Shown piece by piece: positions 36,837 to 48,321 of a stretch of DNA of 64,000 nt. A program made the position numbers and the translations under genes. Source of the stretch: Candidatus Eiseniibacteriota bacterium (GTDB taxonomy: Bacteria > Eisenbacteria > RBG-16-71-46); NCBI GenBank assembly GCA_044223005.1, contig JBGAML010000001.1, positions 288,001-352,000 on the forward strand, written 5' to 3'. The stretch's first letter is position 1. The number at the start of each line of letters is the position of its first letter. The notes below the pieces were generated by a model. It worked only from the letters and a program-made list of their open reading frames with translations. It had not been told where the DNA came from and did not search any database.

Positions 36837-38693
36837 CTACAGCCCCTGCGCGGCCGCCTCCAGCCGTTTCGCGAAATCGTTCGCGGGGACGAAGCCTTCC
36901 ACGCGCTGGTCGCGCGCCTCGACGCCGCCACGCCCGAGGAAGATCACCGTCGGCACGCCGTGCACGGCGTACTTCGCGGACGCGGGCGGGTCGCCGTGCG
37001 TGACGTCGACCTTGTAGGCGTCGAAGCGCTTCGCGGCCGCGACCACGGCCTTGTCCGGGAAGACCTTGAGCTCGAGCTCGTGGCAGGGCACGCACCAGTC
37101 GGCGGCGAAGTCGATCATGACACCGCGCCCAGCGGCGAGGCTCGCGGCGACGGCCTGCTCGTCGTAGGGCTTGAACGCGATCGAGCGCGCCGCGGCCGAG
37201 GTGATCTGCAGCGCCAGCGCCACGCCGGCGACCACGCCGAGCGCACCGAGCACGGCCTTGAACGCGCGGAAGCGCTTCATGGCGTTGCCGCTCTTTTCCA
37301 TGAAGCCCAAGTAGAGCCCGCCCAGCACCAGCGCGGTGGGCACGATCCACGGCGCCTGCTTGGGCAGCACGCCGATCAGCGCGTACGAGAGCCCGATGGT
37401 GGCGAGCAGCACGCCGAAGAGCTTCTTCACCCAGTCCATCCACTCGCCCGCGCGGGGCATGCTGCCGAGCAGGTTGGAGAACGTGGCGAGCACGAGGTAC
37501 GGGAAGCCCAGGCCGAGCGAAAGCGTGACCATGGTCTGCACGCCGAACGCGACGCTGCCGCGCTGCGCGATCAGCGCGAGGACGCCGAGCACGAACGGGC
37601 CCACGCACGGCGCCGCGATCACGCCGACCGCGAGACCGGACACGAAGAGCCCGGCGAGCGAGCCGGTATTGGCACCGCCGGCGCGGTCCAGCAGCCACGT
37701 GGGCGCCTGGATCTCGTAGAAGCCGAACATCGAGAGCGACAGCACCACGAGCAGCAGGCCCAGCACGACGTTGACGAGCGGGTTCTGGAGCGCGGCGCCG
37801 AAGAGCCCGCCGGTCAGCGCAGCCACGACGCCGAGCGCGGTGTACGTGACCACGATCCCGAGCACGTAGACGACCGCGTTCACCATCGCGCGCGGCGTGG
37901 TCTCGGTCTTGCGCGCGCCGAAGATGGACACGGTGATGCCGAGCATCGGGAACACGCACGGCGTGAGGTTCAGGGCGAGGCCACCGAGGAAGAGCGCGAT
38001 CAGCCACCACACCCAGCCCTTGGCGAGCGATTCCTCGAGCTTCTGTTGCGCGGCCGAGCGCACGGGGGCGTTCCCGGCGGGCGGCGCGGTCATGAAGCCG
38101 GAGCCGGCGGGCGCGGCCGCGGTCGTGTCGAGCGCCGGCGCCACGGCCGTCGTGGACTCGGCTGGTGCGCCGGCGGGCGGTGCGGCACCCGCCGCGACGC
38201 CGCCTTCGACGGTGACCTCGACCGTGAACGGGACCGCCGTCGGCGCGAGGCACAGCTGGTCGTTGCAGGCCTGGAAGTCGACCTTGCCCTTCAGAATGTG
38301 CTCGCCGTTCACGGCGTCGCTCGCGGCGGTGAGCGCCACGGGCACGTCGAACGTGCCGTCGTAGACCGTCATCGCCTGCTCGTCGCTGGCGAACTTCACG
38401 GCGCGGCCGGCGGGGTACTTGGGCTTGCCGCCCGTCACGCCCGCGGCACCGGCGATCGAGACCTTGGTCGGGATGTTGTAGTCGAGCGACGGCGGGTTCG
38501 AGTAGATGTGCCACCCGGCGAGCACCGTGACGTGGACGACCACCTGCGCGCTGCCGCCAGCGTGGATCGTCACGGCGTCGGCCGTGGCGTGCACCAGCGT
38601 GTTCGCCGGAGGCGGCGCCTGCGCCATCGACGCGGGAACCCATGCGGCCACGACCAGCAGGGCCGCGACCACCCATCCGAGCACTTGTTTCAT
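36837..38693 (-). CDS. dsbD: Thiol:disulfide interchange protein DsbD
   Basis: [42 protein letters not shown]. Confidence 0.92.
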   Translation of the reverse strand: MKQVLGWVVAALLVVAAWVPASMAQAPPPANTLVHATADAVTIHAGGSAQVVVHVTVLAGWHIYSNPPSLDYNIPTKVSIAGAAGVTGGKPKYPAGRAVKFASDEQAMTVYDGTFDVPVALTAASDAVNGEHILKGKVDFQACNDQLCLAPTAVPFTVEVTVEGGVAAGAAPPAGAPAESTTAVAPALDTTAAAPAGSGFMTAPPAGNAPVRSAAQQKLEESLAKGWVWWLIALFLGGLALNLTPCVFPMLGITVSIFGARKTETTPRAMVNAVVYVLGIVVTYTALGVVAALTGGLFGAALQNPLVNVVLGLLLVVLSLSMFGFYEIQAPTWLLDRAGGANTGSLAGLFVSGLAVGVIAAPCVGPFVLGVLALIAQRGSVAFGVQTMVTLSLGLGFPYLVLATFSNLLGSMPRAGEWMDWVKKLFGVLLATIGLSYALIGVLPKQAPWIVPTALVLGGLYLGFMEKSGNAMKRFRAFKAVLGALGVVAGVALALQITSAAARSIAFKPYDEQAVAASLAAGRGVMIDFAADWCVPCHELELKVFPDKAVVAAAKRFDAYKVDVTHGDPPASAKYAVHGVPTVIFLGRGGVEARDQRVEGFVPANDFAKRLEAAAQGL

Positions 38694-40807
38694 GCGGTCT
38701 CCGTGCGCGCGCCCGTGGCGCGCGGGGATTCGGCCAACAGCTTCGCCAGCGCCTCCGGCTCCGTCACCGGCAGCCGGCAGGCGTGATCCACACAGACGTA
38801 CGCGGCGGGCCGCCCGTCGATCGGGCCCAGTCCCGCCTCGAACGGCGCCAGTCGCGCGAGGTCCGCGCGCGCGGCGTCGTCCACCACCAGCACTTCGTCG
38901 AACGGGCGAAAGTCCCGCTGCGTCACCGCGAGCAGCGCGTCGCGCTCCGCGGACGGCTCGCCCGCGATCACCACCTGCCGCACGACGTGCGCCGCGCGGT
39001 CCATCGCCACCAGCATCATCGGCATGGCCCACGGGCCGCCCGCGAGCCGGCGCGCATGGTAATCGAGGGTGCGGCGCGCCTTCACCTGCCAGTCATCTCT
39101 CGGTAGGAGCGCCGAGAGCCGGACGAGGTTCAGCGCCGCGAGCGAGTTGCCCGCCAGCTCGGCGCCGTCGAAGCCGTCCTTCATGCGCACGCGCACCGAC
39201 GCATCGCCGGCCGGGCTCTCGAAGAACGCGCCGTCGGCCTCGTCCCAGAAGCGTTCGCACTGCGTCTCGGTGAGTTGGGCGGCACGCGCGAGCCAGCGCA
39301 CCTCGTGCGTCGCGTCCCACAGCGCCAGCAGGCCGTGCGCGAGGTAGGCGTGGTCGTCGAGCTGGCCCTCGCCCGCCGCCTCGCCGTCGCGCCAGCGCCG
39401 CCGCAGCGCGCCCGTGGCCGGGTCCCGCAGCGTGTCCCACGCGAAGTCCGCGGCGCGGGCCGCGGCCTGCGCCCACGCGGGCTCGTCCAGCGCGCGCGCG
39501 CCGCGCGCGAGCGCGGCGATCATGAGCCCGTTCCACGCCACGATCACCTTGTCGTCGCGCAGCGGCCGCGGCCGCTGCGAGCGCGCGGCGAGCAGTGCGG
39601 CGCGGGCCGCCTCGAGCGAGCGCGCCGCGTCGGCCTCGGCGAGGCCGAGGGCGCGCGCCGTGGCCGCGAGGGGCGCGCGCTCGTGCAGGATGCTCGTGCC
39701 GTGCTCGAAGTTGCCCTGCGGCGTCACGCCCCAGTGACGCGCGGCGAGCGCGGCTTGATCGGCTGGCAGCACCTCGGCGAGCTGCGCGGGCGTCCACGTG
39801 TAGAAGCGGCCCTCCTCGCCCTCGCTGTCGGCGTCCTCGGCCGACGCGAAGCCGCCGCCCGGCAGCGCGAGGTCGCGCAGCACGTAGCCGAACAGCGCGC
39901 GCAGCGTGCCCGCGTAGGCGGGGTCGCGCGTCGACTCCCAGCCGTCCAGGAAGTTGTCCGCGATCAGCGCCTGGTCGTAGAGCATCTTCTCGAAGTGGGG
40001 CACGAGCCATTCGCGATCGGTCGCGTAGCGGTGAAAGCCGCCGCCCGCGTGATCGTGGATGCCGCCCGCCTGCATGGCGTCGAGCTGGCGCAGCGCCATC
40101 GCGCGCGCCTCCTCGCGGCCTTCCGGGTCGCGCGCCCACCACCGAAAGAGGAACGCGAGGTTGCCCGGCGAGGGGAACTTGGGCGCGCTGCCGAAGCCGC
40201 CCTCGTCGGGGTCGTACGCGCGCGCGAGCCACGCGGCGCAGCCCGCGGCGAGTTCGTCGGCGGGCTCGGCGTCGGCCTCGGGCGCCGACAGCGTGCCGAG
40301 CAGCGCGAGCACGCGCTGGCCGCTCTCGACGATCGCCGCGCGCTGTTCGTGCCATGCGGCGTGCACGCGCGGCAGCAGCTCCATCATGCCCGGGCGCGCG
40401 CCACGGCCCGTGGGCGGGAAGTACGTGCCGCCGAAGAAAGGCTCGAGGTCCGGCGTGAGAAAGACGTTGAGCGGCCAGCCGCCGCCCACGCCCAGCGCCT
40501 GCGCCGAAGTCATGTAGAGCCGGTCGACATCGGGACGCTCCTCGCGATCCACCTTCACCGGCACGAAGTAGTCGTTGAGCAGCGCCGCCACGTCCGGGTT
40601 CTCGAACGACTCGCGCTCCATCACGTGACACCAGTGGCACGTCGAGTAGCCGATCGAGAGAAAGATGGGGCGGTCGAGCTCCCGCGCCCGCGCGAACGCT
40701 TCCTCGCCCCATGGAAACCAATCCACGGGGTTGCGGGCGTGCTGCAGCAGGTAGGGACTCTTCTCGCGCGCGAGGCGATTGGCCGGCCGGGGATCGTCGG
40801 GGAGCAT
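38690..40807 (-). CDS. YyaL/SSP411 family thioredoxin-domain protein
   Basis: [48 protein letters not shown]. Confidence 0.95.
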   Translation of the reverse strand: MLPDDPRPANRLAREKSPYLLQHARNPVDWFPWGEEAFARARELDRPIFLSIGYSTCHWCHVMERESFENPDVAALLNDYFVPVKVDREERPDVDRLYMTSAQALGVGGGWPLNVFLTPDLEPFFGGTYFPPTGRGARPGMMELLPRVHAAWHEQRAAIVESGQRVLALLGTLSAPEADAEPADELAAGCAAWLARAYDPDEGGFGSAPKFPSPGNLAFLFRWWARDPEGREEARAMALRQLDAMQAGGIHDHAGGGFHRYATDREWLVPHFEKMLYDQALIADNFLDGWESTRDPAYAGTLRALFGYVLRDLALPGGGFASAEDADSEGEEGRFYTWTPAQLAEVLPADQAALAARHWGVTPQGNFEHGTSILHERAPLAATARALGLAEADAARSLEAARAALLAARSQRPRPLRDDKVIVAWNGLMIAALARGARALDEPAWAQAAARAADFAWDTLRDPATGALRRRWRDGEAAGEGQLDDHAYLAHGLLALWDATHEVRWLARAAQLTETQCERFWDEADGAFFESPAGDASVRVRMKDGFDGAELAGNSLAALNLVRLSALLPRDDWQVKARRTLDYHARRLAGGPWAMPMMLVAMDRAAHVVRQVVIAGEPSAERDALLAVTQRDFRPFDEVLVVDDAARADLARLAPFEAGLGPIDGRPAAYVCVDHACRLPVTEPEALAKLLAESPRATGARTETA

Positions 40808-40923
40808 GGCGTACGAGGTTACCCCGCAACGCCGGAATCCGTGACGAGCAGGTGTCAAATCCGGCACACTGGCGCCGGCGGAGCGGCCCCGCCGGTGGAC
40901 CCCGGGCCGCAGCCGGAGGTGGC

Positions 40924-41187
40924 GTGCACTACATGGTCATCGAGCGATACCGAAACGGCGATCCGCAACCGGTCTACCAGCGCTTCCGCGAGCGCGGGCG
41001 CATGATGCCCGACGGGCTCGAGTACGTGGGGAGCTGGGTGACGCGCGACCGCGCGACGTGCTGGCAGGTGATGCGCTGCGACGATCCGGCCCGGCTCGCG
41101 GAATGGACCGCGCGCTGGGAGGACCTCGTCGAGTTCGAGATCGTGCCGGTGCTGACGTCGGCGGAAGCGTCCGAGGCCACCCCATGA
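40924..41187 (+). CDS. DUF3303-like small protein
   Basis: [50 protein letters not shown]. Confidence 0.8.
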   Translation: MHYMVIERYRNGDPQPVYQRFRERGRMMPDGLEYVGSWVTRDRATCWQVMRCDDPARLAEWTARWEDLVEFEIVPVLTSAEASEATP

Positions 41188-41546
41188 GCGGCGAGACTTA
41201 CGCGAAGCTGCTCGCCGTGGTGCGGCGCATCCCGCGCGGCAAGGTGGCGACCTACGGCCAGGTGGCGACGATCGCCGGCATGCCGCACGCGCCGCGGCTC
41301 ACGGGCTACGCGCTGCACGCACTGCCCGAGGGCTCGCCGGTCCCGTGGCACCGCGTGGTCGCGGCGGGCGGCCGGCTGACGCTGGGCAAGCTCTCCCCCA
41401 GCGGCGCGATCACGCAGCGGCTGCGGCTCGAGAAGGAAGGCGTGGCGTTCGACGCGCGCGGCTGCGCGAAGCTGGACGCGCACCGCTGGAGCGAGGGGCT
41501 CGGGAAGACGCCGCGGCGCACGACGCGCCGCATGCGGGCGCGCTGA
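41184..41546 (+). CDS. Alkyltransferase-like (ATL/YbaZ) MGMT family protein
   Basis: IPRGKVATYGQVA; PWHRV (Trp replaces the catalytic Cys); QRLRLEKEGV. Confidence 0.9.
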   Translation: MSGETYAKLLAVVRRIPRGKVATYGQVATIAGMPHAPRLTGYALHALPEGSPVPWHRVVAAGGRLTLGKLSPSGAITQRLRLEKEGVAFDARGCAKLDAHRWSEGLGKTPRRTTRRMRAR

Positions 41547-41555
41547 GGGGCCGGG

Positions 41556-42431
41556 CTACTCCGGGACCGCCCCGCGCGAGGGCGCGCGCAGCACGCCCGA
41601 GACCAGCACGCCACCCGCGATCACGAGCGCGGCGCCGCCGGCCTGCATCCACGTGGGCACGTGGCGAAACAGCACGGCCTCGAGCAGGTACGTGAACAGC
41701 ACGCCCGAGTACGTGAGCGCGGCGATGCGCGCCGCCGGCGCGTGCGCGTACGCGCGGCTGACCGCGACCTGCCCGAAGCCGCCGGAGATCGCGCTCGCCG
41801 CCAGCGGCAGGTACGCGGCGGCGTGCACGGGACGCATGGACGGCAGCGCGATCGCCAGGTGGATCGCCCCCGCGACGAGCGAGACGTGCAGGGCGATCGC
41901 CTCGCTCGATTCGTGGCCCGAGAGCCGCCGCAGGCGCAGCAGCGCGAACGCGTAGCTCAGGGCGCCGAGCAGCACGAAGAGCGCGGTCGGGTTGTTCCAC
42001 GCGATGCCGGCCTGCATCAGCACGGCGACGCCGAGGAATCCGACGCCGATGCCCATCCACGTCGCGCCGCTCACGCGCTCGCGCAGCAGCGGACCCGAGG
42101 CGAGCGCCACCCAGAGCGGGGCGGTCGCGTAGAGCACGGTCGCGTCGCCGACGGCGATGTGCTTCGTGCCCAGGGCGTGGAAGAGGCTCACGCCGCCGGC
42201 CGCGCCGAACAACGAGCGCAGCCACGCGTTCTTCTGGTCGCCTACGCGGAGCGAGGCGCCACGCGCCCGGGCCGCGATCACGGCGACCAGCGCGCCGCCG
42301 AAGAAACGCGCCGCGGCGATCTCTGCCCAGGGCAGGTCGCCCGCGCCGGCTCGCGCGGACACGCGCATCACGGCGTAGCAGACCTCCGAGACGAGCAGCC
42401 AGAAGACGCCGCGGCGCAGGTTGGGGGACAC
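41556..42431 (-). CDS. DMT/EamA family transporter
   Basis: About 10 TM in two repeats; LRSLFG, TAPLWVAL...LLRERV. Confidence 0.85.
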   Translation of the reverse strand: MSPNLRRGVFWLLVSEVCYAVMRVSARAGAGDLPWAEIAAARFFGGALVAVIAARARGASLRVGDQKNAWLRSLFGAAGGVSLFHALGTKHIAVGDATVLYATAPLWVALASGPLLRERVSGATWMGIGVGFLGVAVLMQAGIAWNNPTALFVLLGALSYAFALLRLRRLSGHESSEAIALHVSLVAGAIHLAIALPSMRPVHAAAYLPLAASAISGGFGQVAVSRAYAHAPAARIAALTYSGVLFTYLLEAVLFRHVPTWMQAGGAALVIAGGVLVSGVLRAPSRGAVPE

Positions 42432-42463
42432 GCGCGCGTTCCTCGTCCGGGCCGTCGCGGGCG

Positions 42464-43999
42464 TTAAGGCTTGCCGCGCGCGGCGACCATGCCGCGGAAC
42501 GTCGCGAACGGCACCGTCGCCGGCAAGCCCTGCACGGGCCAGCCCTGCACCACGACCTGCGGCGCGAGCTTCGCCTCGTCGACGGCCTCGAGCAGGCCGG
42601 CCGCCCGGCGCCCGGCGCGCAGCGAGCCGTCGGCGGCGGCGGACCAGCCGAGATCGGCCTGGTAGAGCAGCTTCTGGCGCGGGAACCAGAAGATCACGTA
42701 GTGCTCGGTGTGATGCGACTTCTCGCCGATGTCGATCGCGAGCATCTCGTTGGTCGCGTCGGCGTGGCGCCAGCGGCCCATCGCGAGCGTGTCGACGCGC
42801 GGCGACGCGCCGCCGGGGCGCAGCTTCCACCAGCGGTCGGGCTGCAGCGAGAAGTTGGCGTGCGCGATCTCGTCGACGTAGGGCGCGATCGCGTAAGCGC
42901 AGACCACCTCGGCCGAGTCGGCGAAGAACGACCGCAGGCCACCGGTGTACGCGGGATGGTGGTGGCTGAAGGTCACGAACCGCACCGGCTTCTTCGGGAA
43001 TCGCGCATGGATCGCGGCACGCAGCCGCTCGCCCTGCGGCACGTCGGAGCCGGTCTCGACCAGCACGACGTGGTCCGAGAACTCGGCGACGATCGAGCGC
43101 GAATCGGCGTCGGGCAGCTCGACGCTCCAGATCCCGGGCGCGAGCGCACTCACGACCGGCACCGTGTCGGCGGGCGCGGCGGCAGGCCGGATCGTCGTCG
43201 GCACCGCGAGCTCGGCGAGCGGCGCGTCGGTGACGTCGCCGACGCGGTGCTCCACGAGCGTCCAGCTGATGTCCGCGGGGAACATCTGCAGGCGCAGGCT
43301 GTCGGGCCAGACGTTGGCGCCCACTTCGGACGTGCCGAGGAAGTGCGCGTCCTGGACCAGCGTCCCGCGCCGCGGGTCATGGCGCACGACGCCGTACGAC
43401 CACGGGCGATCGTAGCCGTCGAGGTTCAGGTCGACGCGGCCGAGCGAATCGAACCACGTGTACGTGGACTGGTACGCCGACACGGGGCCGCCGATCAGGC
43501 CATGCCCGTTGTACGCGGCCGCGCGCGTCACCGCGAGGGGCGGCGTGCAGGCGATGATCGCGAATGCGGCCTCGGCCGCCTCGCGGCCGCGCAGTTCGAC
43601 GTAGGGCGAATCGGCGTTCGTGCGCTGCAGCACCCGCTCGCCCACCAACCACGTGGTCTCGATCGTGCGCGACGTGTCGCCCTCGGCCCACGTCGCCCAG
43701 TCCTGGCGCGCGGTGCCGTCGGGGCCGATCACGATGCGGCGCGACGAGCCGTAGTGGCGCGTCTGGTGCGGCTTCTCGTCATGCCCTTCGACGAGGAAGG
43801 TGCCGTCGAGGCGCACGGCGAGCGCCTTGCCCGTGGGCAGTGGGCCGCCGCCGCGCAGCAGCCGCGCGAGCCGCGGGCCCGTGAGCGGCGCGGCCGGATC
43901 GGCGGGCGCCGCCGGCGCGGGCGCGCCCGGCGCAGCCAGGGCGGCCGCGGCGACGAGCCATGCGGCGAGTGCGAGGACTGCGATCCGGAGCGTCTTCAT
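42464..43999 (-). CDS. Secreted MBL-fold protein, degenerate metal site
   Basis: Signal peptide; EFSDHVVLVE; KPVRFVTFSHHHPAYTGGLR; HTEH; KLLYQADL. Confidence 0.75.
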   Translation of the reverse strand: MKTLRIAVLALAAWLVAAAALAAPGAPAPAAPADPAAPLTGPRLARLLRGGGPLPTGKALAVRLDGTFLVEGHDEKPHQTRHYGSSRRIVIGPDGTARQDWATWAEGDTSRTIETTWLVGERVLQRTNADSPYVELRGREAAEAAFAIIACTPPLAVTRAAAYNGHGLIGGPVSAYQSTYTWFDSLGRVDLNLDGYDRPWSYGVVRHDPRRGTLVQDAHFLGTSEVGANVWPDSLRLQMFPADISWTLVEHRVGDVTDAPLAELAVPTTIRPAAAPADTVPVVSALAPGIWSVELPDADSRSIVAEFSDHVVLVETGSDVPQGERLRAAIHARFPKKPVRFVTFSHHHPAYTGGLRSFFADSAEVVCAYAIAPYVDEIAHANFSLQPDRWWKLRPGGASPRVDTLAMGRWRHADATNEMLAIDIGEKSHHTEHYVIFWFPRQKLLYQADLGWSAAADGSLRAGRRAAGLLEAVDEAKLAPQVVVQGWPVQGLPATVPFATFRGMVAARGKP

Positions 44000-44006
44000 G
44001 GTGCGA

Positions 44007-46886
44007 TCAGGCGCGGGCGTCCTCGGCGGCGACCACGTCGAGCCAGTGCACGCGGTCGTTCCAGAGCTCGGGATCCTGCTCCTCGAGCGACTCGTGGCGG
44101 CCGCGATGGCACGTGAGCACGATCACCTGGTGCCCCTGCGCGAACACCTCGATCAGGGTCTTCATGCCGTCGTGCAGGCGCGTGTCGTCGCTGGTCGCGA
44201 ACACGTCGTCGAGCAGCAGCGGCAGCGGTTCGCCGGCGCGCGAGAGGTATTCGCTCACGGCGAGCCGCACGGCCAGGTAGAGCTGGTCGCGCGCACCGCT
44301 CGAGAGCTGCAGGTGCGCCTTGCCGCGCGAGACCTGCGGGCCGCTCTCCATCTGCACGGAGAAGTCGAGGTCCTCGCCGAACCGCAGCTGCTCGACCTGC
44401 GTGCCGAAGCGCGCGAGCAGTTCGCCGACGCGGCCGTTGAGGAAGTCGGCCCAGCGGCGGTGCGTGTCGACGGCGACCTTCTGGATGGTCGTGCGCGCGA
44501 GCTCGACGGCCTGCTTGAACGCCTTCGCGCGCGCGATCGCGCGCGTCAGGCGATCGAGCTGCGCTTCGTGCTCGGGCCGCTGCGTCGCGTGCGCGCGCAG
44601 CACTTCCTCGAGCTCCATGCGCAGGTCGCCGCGGCGGCGCTGCACGCCATCGAGCCGGGCGCGCGCCTGCTGCACCTCGAGGTCGATGTCCACCGGCGAG
44701 CGCGGCGCCGAGAACCCTTCGCGGCCGCCGAGCAGGGCCTGCAGCTGCTGCTGGCGCTGGGCGACTTCGGTGTCCGGGAGCAGCCGCTGGCGCGCGAACG
44801 GGATCAGCTCGTCGATCACCATGGTGCGGCGCGCGCGCATGCCCATGCGCTGTGCGAGGTCGGCGATGTGGTCGGCCCAGCTGCGTTCGGGGTCGTACGC
44901 GAGCCCGGCGTTCTGCAGGATGCGCATGGCGCGCTCGCGCAGCCCGGCGATCGCGTTCTCGAGGATCTGCCGCTGGCGATCGACCGATTCGTCGCTGCGC
45001 GTCAGCTGGTCCAGCCGCGTGCGCGCGAGACCCGCGCGGCGCGCCTCGTGCGCCACGCGCTCCAGCGCCTCGGGCGTCACGGGTGCATCGCCGAGCACGT
45101 GCAGCAGCGGGTGCACGCGGTCGAGCGCCTGGCGGCGGCGCGTCTCGGTCGACGCGAGCATGTCCTGCGCGCGCATGAGCGGCGCGCTGTCCTCGATCAT
45201 GCGCGCGTACTCGTTCCAGTGGCGCATGAGCTCGACCGAATCGCGGTAGCCCATGAGCCGCGCGAGGTCGGCGAGCGAGGCTTCGTTGTCGGCGCGCTGC
45301 GTGCGGAGCTGGTTCAGCCGCCGCTGCGCCTCGCCCAGCCGGCGCAGCGCGGCGTCGCGTTCGGTCGCGAGCGCGCGCGAACCGGCCGACAGCAGCACGG
45401 CGCCCACGACGCCGACCACGGCGCCACCGCCCAGCAGGCCGGCCCAGAGCGGCAGCGCGGCGTGCAGCGCCATCGCGATGCCGCCGGCGGCCGCGCCGCC
45501 GATGCCGAGCGCGAGCGCGATCCAGCCGGGGATGCGGCGGTCGTTGCGCGAGGCGTCGACGCTGCGGAGCGTCTCGGACGCGCCGGTGCGCTCCTGTTCG
45601 AGCTGCGCGACCTGCGTCTGGAACGCGAGGTTCACGTCGCCCTGCTGGCGCAGCAGCCGGATCTGGTCTTCGGGCAGGCCGCTGAAGCGCGCGGTCAGGA
45701 ACTGGATCCGCTCGGGCTCGTAGCCCTCGGCGGCCAGCTCGTCGCGCAGCTCGAACACCTTGCTGCGGTGCTCGGCGTCCTCGAGCGCGAGCCGCCGCAG
45801 TTCGGCGGCCACACCGACGCAGACGTTGGCGTCCTCCTCGGTGATGCCCTCGTACGGCTGCAGCGCGCGCATCTCGTCTTCGACACCCGAGCGCTCGCGG
45901 CCGATCTCGTCGGCGCGCCGCGACTCCAGCGTGCCCAGGTTGAGCTGCGCCTCCTCGAGCCGCGCGACGGCGTCGCGCATCTCGGCTTCGGCGTGCGCGG
46001 GCAGGTGCGCGACCACTTCCAGCTCGCGCGCCTCGGCCTCGAGCCGCCCGAGCTCGGCGCGGTTCGCCTCGTTCTCGTCGAGCTGGCGCTTGACCTCGGA
46101 GGCGTGGCTCGCGAGGCGTTCCTCGTCCAGCCGGCGCAGCGTGTCGCGGATCACCTGCTCTTCGTCCGCGAGCGCGGCCAGCGTCTCGAGCGGCTCCTGC
46201 GCGCGCGCGACCTGGTGGTCGATCTCGTGCATCGCGGCCGAGACGAGCGCGGCCTTGGCCTCGAGCCGCTCGATCGCGGTGTCGACCGTGCCGGTGAACT
46301 CGAGCTCGTGCGCGTCGTAGCGCCGCAGCGACTCTTCCAGCACGCGCAGCGCCTCGGAGGCGTTGGTGTCGCCGATGTGCGTGTCCGCGGCGTTCTCGAG
46401 CCGAGCGCGCAGCGTGGACTGGCGGCGCGCCTTCTCGTCGCCCGGCACGACCGCATCGAGGTCGCCGGGGCGCACCAGCGCGCACTTCTCGAACTCGGCC
46501 GAATCCACCGCCAGCAGCTTGCGGCCGACCGGACACTCCTTGCCGTCCACGAACTCGGACGTCACCTCGTGACCCGAGCCGTCGAACACCGCCACGGTGC
46601 CGCGCTCGAAGTCGCGCGAGATCCGCAGCGTTCGGCCGTCCGCTTCCAGCTCGAGCTCGACGCCGTAGCCGCCACCGGTCCACGGACGCCAGCGTTCGAG
46701 CGGCGTCAGCACGCGGTGCGAGCGGCGGTCGTCCTCGAGGCCGTAGAGCGCGGCCGCGATCGCGGAGAGCAGCGAGGTCTTGCCGCGTTCGTTGTCGTCG
46801 ACGACCAGGTTCACGCGGTCGGGGTCGAACGTCCATTCGCCGCGCAGCGGGCCGAAGCCCGCCACCTTGAGCCGGAGGAGCTTCAC
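44007..46886 (-). CDS. YhaN/SbcC-like AAA (ABC-type) ATPase with coiled coils and internal TM hairpin
   Basis: LKVAGFG; DDNERGKTS; LSSGARDQLYLAVRLA; LLLDDVFATSD; QVIVLTCH. Confidence 0.88.
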   Translation of the reverse strand: MKLLRLKVAGFGPLRGEWTFDPDRVNLVVDDNERGKTSLLSAIAAALYGLEDDRRSHRVLTPLERWRPWTGGGYGVELELEADGRTLRISRDFERGTVAVFDGSGHEVTSEFVDGKECPVGRKLLAVDSAEFEKCALVRPGDLDAVVPGDEKARRQSTLRARLENAADTHIGDTNASEALRVLEESLRRYDAHELEFTGTVDTAIERLEAKAALVSAAMHEIDHQVARAQEPLETLAALADEEQVIRDTLRRLDEERLASHASEVKRQLDENEANRAELGRLEAEARELEVVAHLPAHAEAEMRDAVARLEEAQLNLGTLESRRADEIGRERSGVEDEMRALQPYEGITEEDANVCVGVAAELRRLALEDAEHRSKVFELRDELAAEGYEPERIQFLTARFSGLPEDQIRLLRQQGDVNLAFQTQVAQLEQERTGASETLRSVDASRNDRRIPGWIALALGIGGAAAGGIAMALHAALPLWAGLLGGGAVVGVVGAVLLSAGSRALATERDAALRRLGEAQRRLNQLRTQRADNEASLADLARLMGYRDSVELMRHWNEYARMIEDSAPLMRAQDMLASTETRRRQALDRVHPLLHVLGDAPVTPEALERVAHEARRAGLARTRLDQLTRSDESVDRQRQILENAIAGLRERAMRILQNAGLAYDPERSWADHIADLAQRMGMRARRTMVIDELIPFARQRLLPDTEVAQRQQQLQALLGGREGFSAPRSPVDIDLEVQQARARLDGVQRRRGDLRMELEEVLRAHATQRPEHEAQLDRLTRAIARAKAFKQAVELARTTIQKVAVDTHRRWADFLNGRVGELLARFGTQVEQLRFGEDLDFSVQMESGPQVSRGKAHLQLSSGARDQLYLAVRLAVSEYLSRAGEPLPLLLDDVFATSDDTRLHDGMKTLIEVFAQGHQVIVLTCHRGRHESLEEQDPELWNDRVHWLDVVAAEDARA

Positions 46887-48124
46887 GGCGAGACCTCCTC
46901 GGGCGCCGGCAGCACTTCGCGCAGGCGGAACGCGTCGAGCCCGTAGGCGAGCGCGCGTTCGATCACGGCGCGCTGCGCCGGATCGGTCTCGGCGTCGAGT
47001 TGCGCGAGCAGTTCGCGCGCGAAGCGCTCCTCGGTGGTCTTGCCGTCGCCGGTGCGGTACGCGGCGAGGTCGTGGTCGGGGCGGACGTCCGTCAGGTCGG
47101 TGCGCAGGTGGAACACGCGGCTGGTGAGTTCGCCGCCGGCGCCGCTCCAGCGCACGCCGGGGCCGAAGCGGCCGACCAGCTTCACCGCGACGAAGTCCAT
47201 CTCGCCCACGCCGCCCACGTCGAGCGCCTTGAGCAGCCGGCGGTCGACCTGGTCGGGGCTCGCGGCCCCGGTCACGTCGACGGTCAGCTCGAACACGCGG
47301 CGGCGGTCGAGTTCGATCGGCTCGATCTCCACGAACGGCAGCCGGTGCCCGTACTCGATGCGGACCTCCAGCGCGCCGTGCGTGCCGGTCTCGCCGAAGT
47401 CGAGCGACACGGCCGAACCGGCGTACGCGAGCCGCGCGCCCGCGGACTTGACGCCCTCGGCGAGCGGCTGCTCGATGCGCGACATGGCGTGGTAGTGCCC
47501 CACGGCGTGGTACACGAACGGCGAGGAGGCGACCTCGGCGTCGGCGAACGGCGCGGTCATCTTCTGGTTCGGCGGGCACTGGCCCTCGCGCGAACCGTGG
47601 AAGAGCGCGACCTCGAAACCCATCGGGTCCGTGCCGGAGACGCCCGCGAGCGCCTCGGGCGACAGCGGCCGCTCCATGCTCTCGACGTTGGCCACGAAGC
47701 TGCGGCCCCAGATGCGCACGCCCGCGAGTTTCGGGACGTGGGCCGCGGTCCACGCGGCGTTGTCGAACACGTGCACGTGATCGGGCCAGCGCAGGCCGCG
47801 CGCGCGCAGCAGACGCGGGTGGTACGCGGCGTTGGTGCTCGAGGCGGGATCGTGGTTGCCGGGCGCGATGAACACCGGCGGGCAGCCGCTCACCTCGAAC
47901 GCGTGGATCGCGAACGTCAGCTGGCCGGCGTCGACGGCGGTCGAATCGAACAGGTCGCCGGGCACGAGGATCGCGTGCACGCCACGCTCGATCGCCTGCG
48001 ACACGGCCATTTCGAGCGCGCGCTGCTGGTCCCGCCGGCGGTCGTCGCGGCGAGACTGCGGCAACCACGCGAACGGCCGACCGAGGTGGAGGTCGGAAAC
48101 CTGCAGGAAACGCGCGAGGGCCAT
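46883..48124 (-). CDS. YhaO/SbcD/Mre11-like metallophosphoesterase nuclease
   Basis: SDLHLG, PGDLFD, PGNHD, HGS, AVGHYH, YAGS. Confidence 0.92.
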   Translation of the reverse strand: MALARFLQVSDLHLGRPFAWLPQSRRDDRRRDQQRALEMAVSQAIERGVHAILVPGDLFDSTAVDAGQLTFAIHAFEVSGCPPVFIAPGNHDPASSTNAAYHPRLLRARGLRWPDHVHVFDNAAWTAAHVPKLAGVRIWGRSFVANVESMERPLSPEALAGVSGTDPMGFEVALFHGSREGQCPPNQKMTAPFADAEVASSPFVYHAVGHYHAMSRIEQPLAEGVKSAGARLAYAGSAVSLDFGETGTHGALEVRIEYGHRLPFVEIEPIELDRRRVFELTVDVTGAASPDQVDRRLLKALDVGGVGEMDFVAVKLVGRFGPGVRWSGAGGELTSRVFHLRTDLTDVRPDHDLAAYRTGDGKTTEERFARELLAQLDAETDPAQRAVIERALAYGLDAFRLREVLPAPEEVSP

Positions 48125-48321
48125 GCGTTTGCGTCCTTGTCCCGATGGCGGCCAGGGCGAGATTCAGGGGCGTGCCACATGGCAAGGTAACAGCGGGTTC
48201 GCGGCGGGGCAACGGTCCGCGCAACGCCGGAGAACCCGGCACCCCTCCGCGCGGCGGGGGGCCGCGCGGGCGGGGGGTGGGTGCCGGTGCCGCGCCGCGA
48301 ACGGCGCGGCGGCTCCCGGGT

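Noticed and set aside
44007..48124. Lamassu/Wadjet-type SMC defence system
   Set aside because: The partner is an Mre11-type phosphoesterase, with no kleisin/KITE or LmuA/C genes. It fits YhaO/YhaN.
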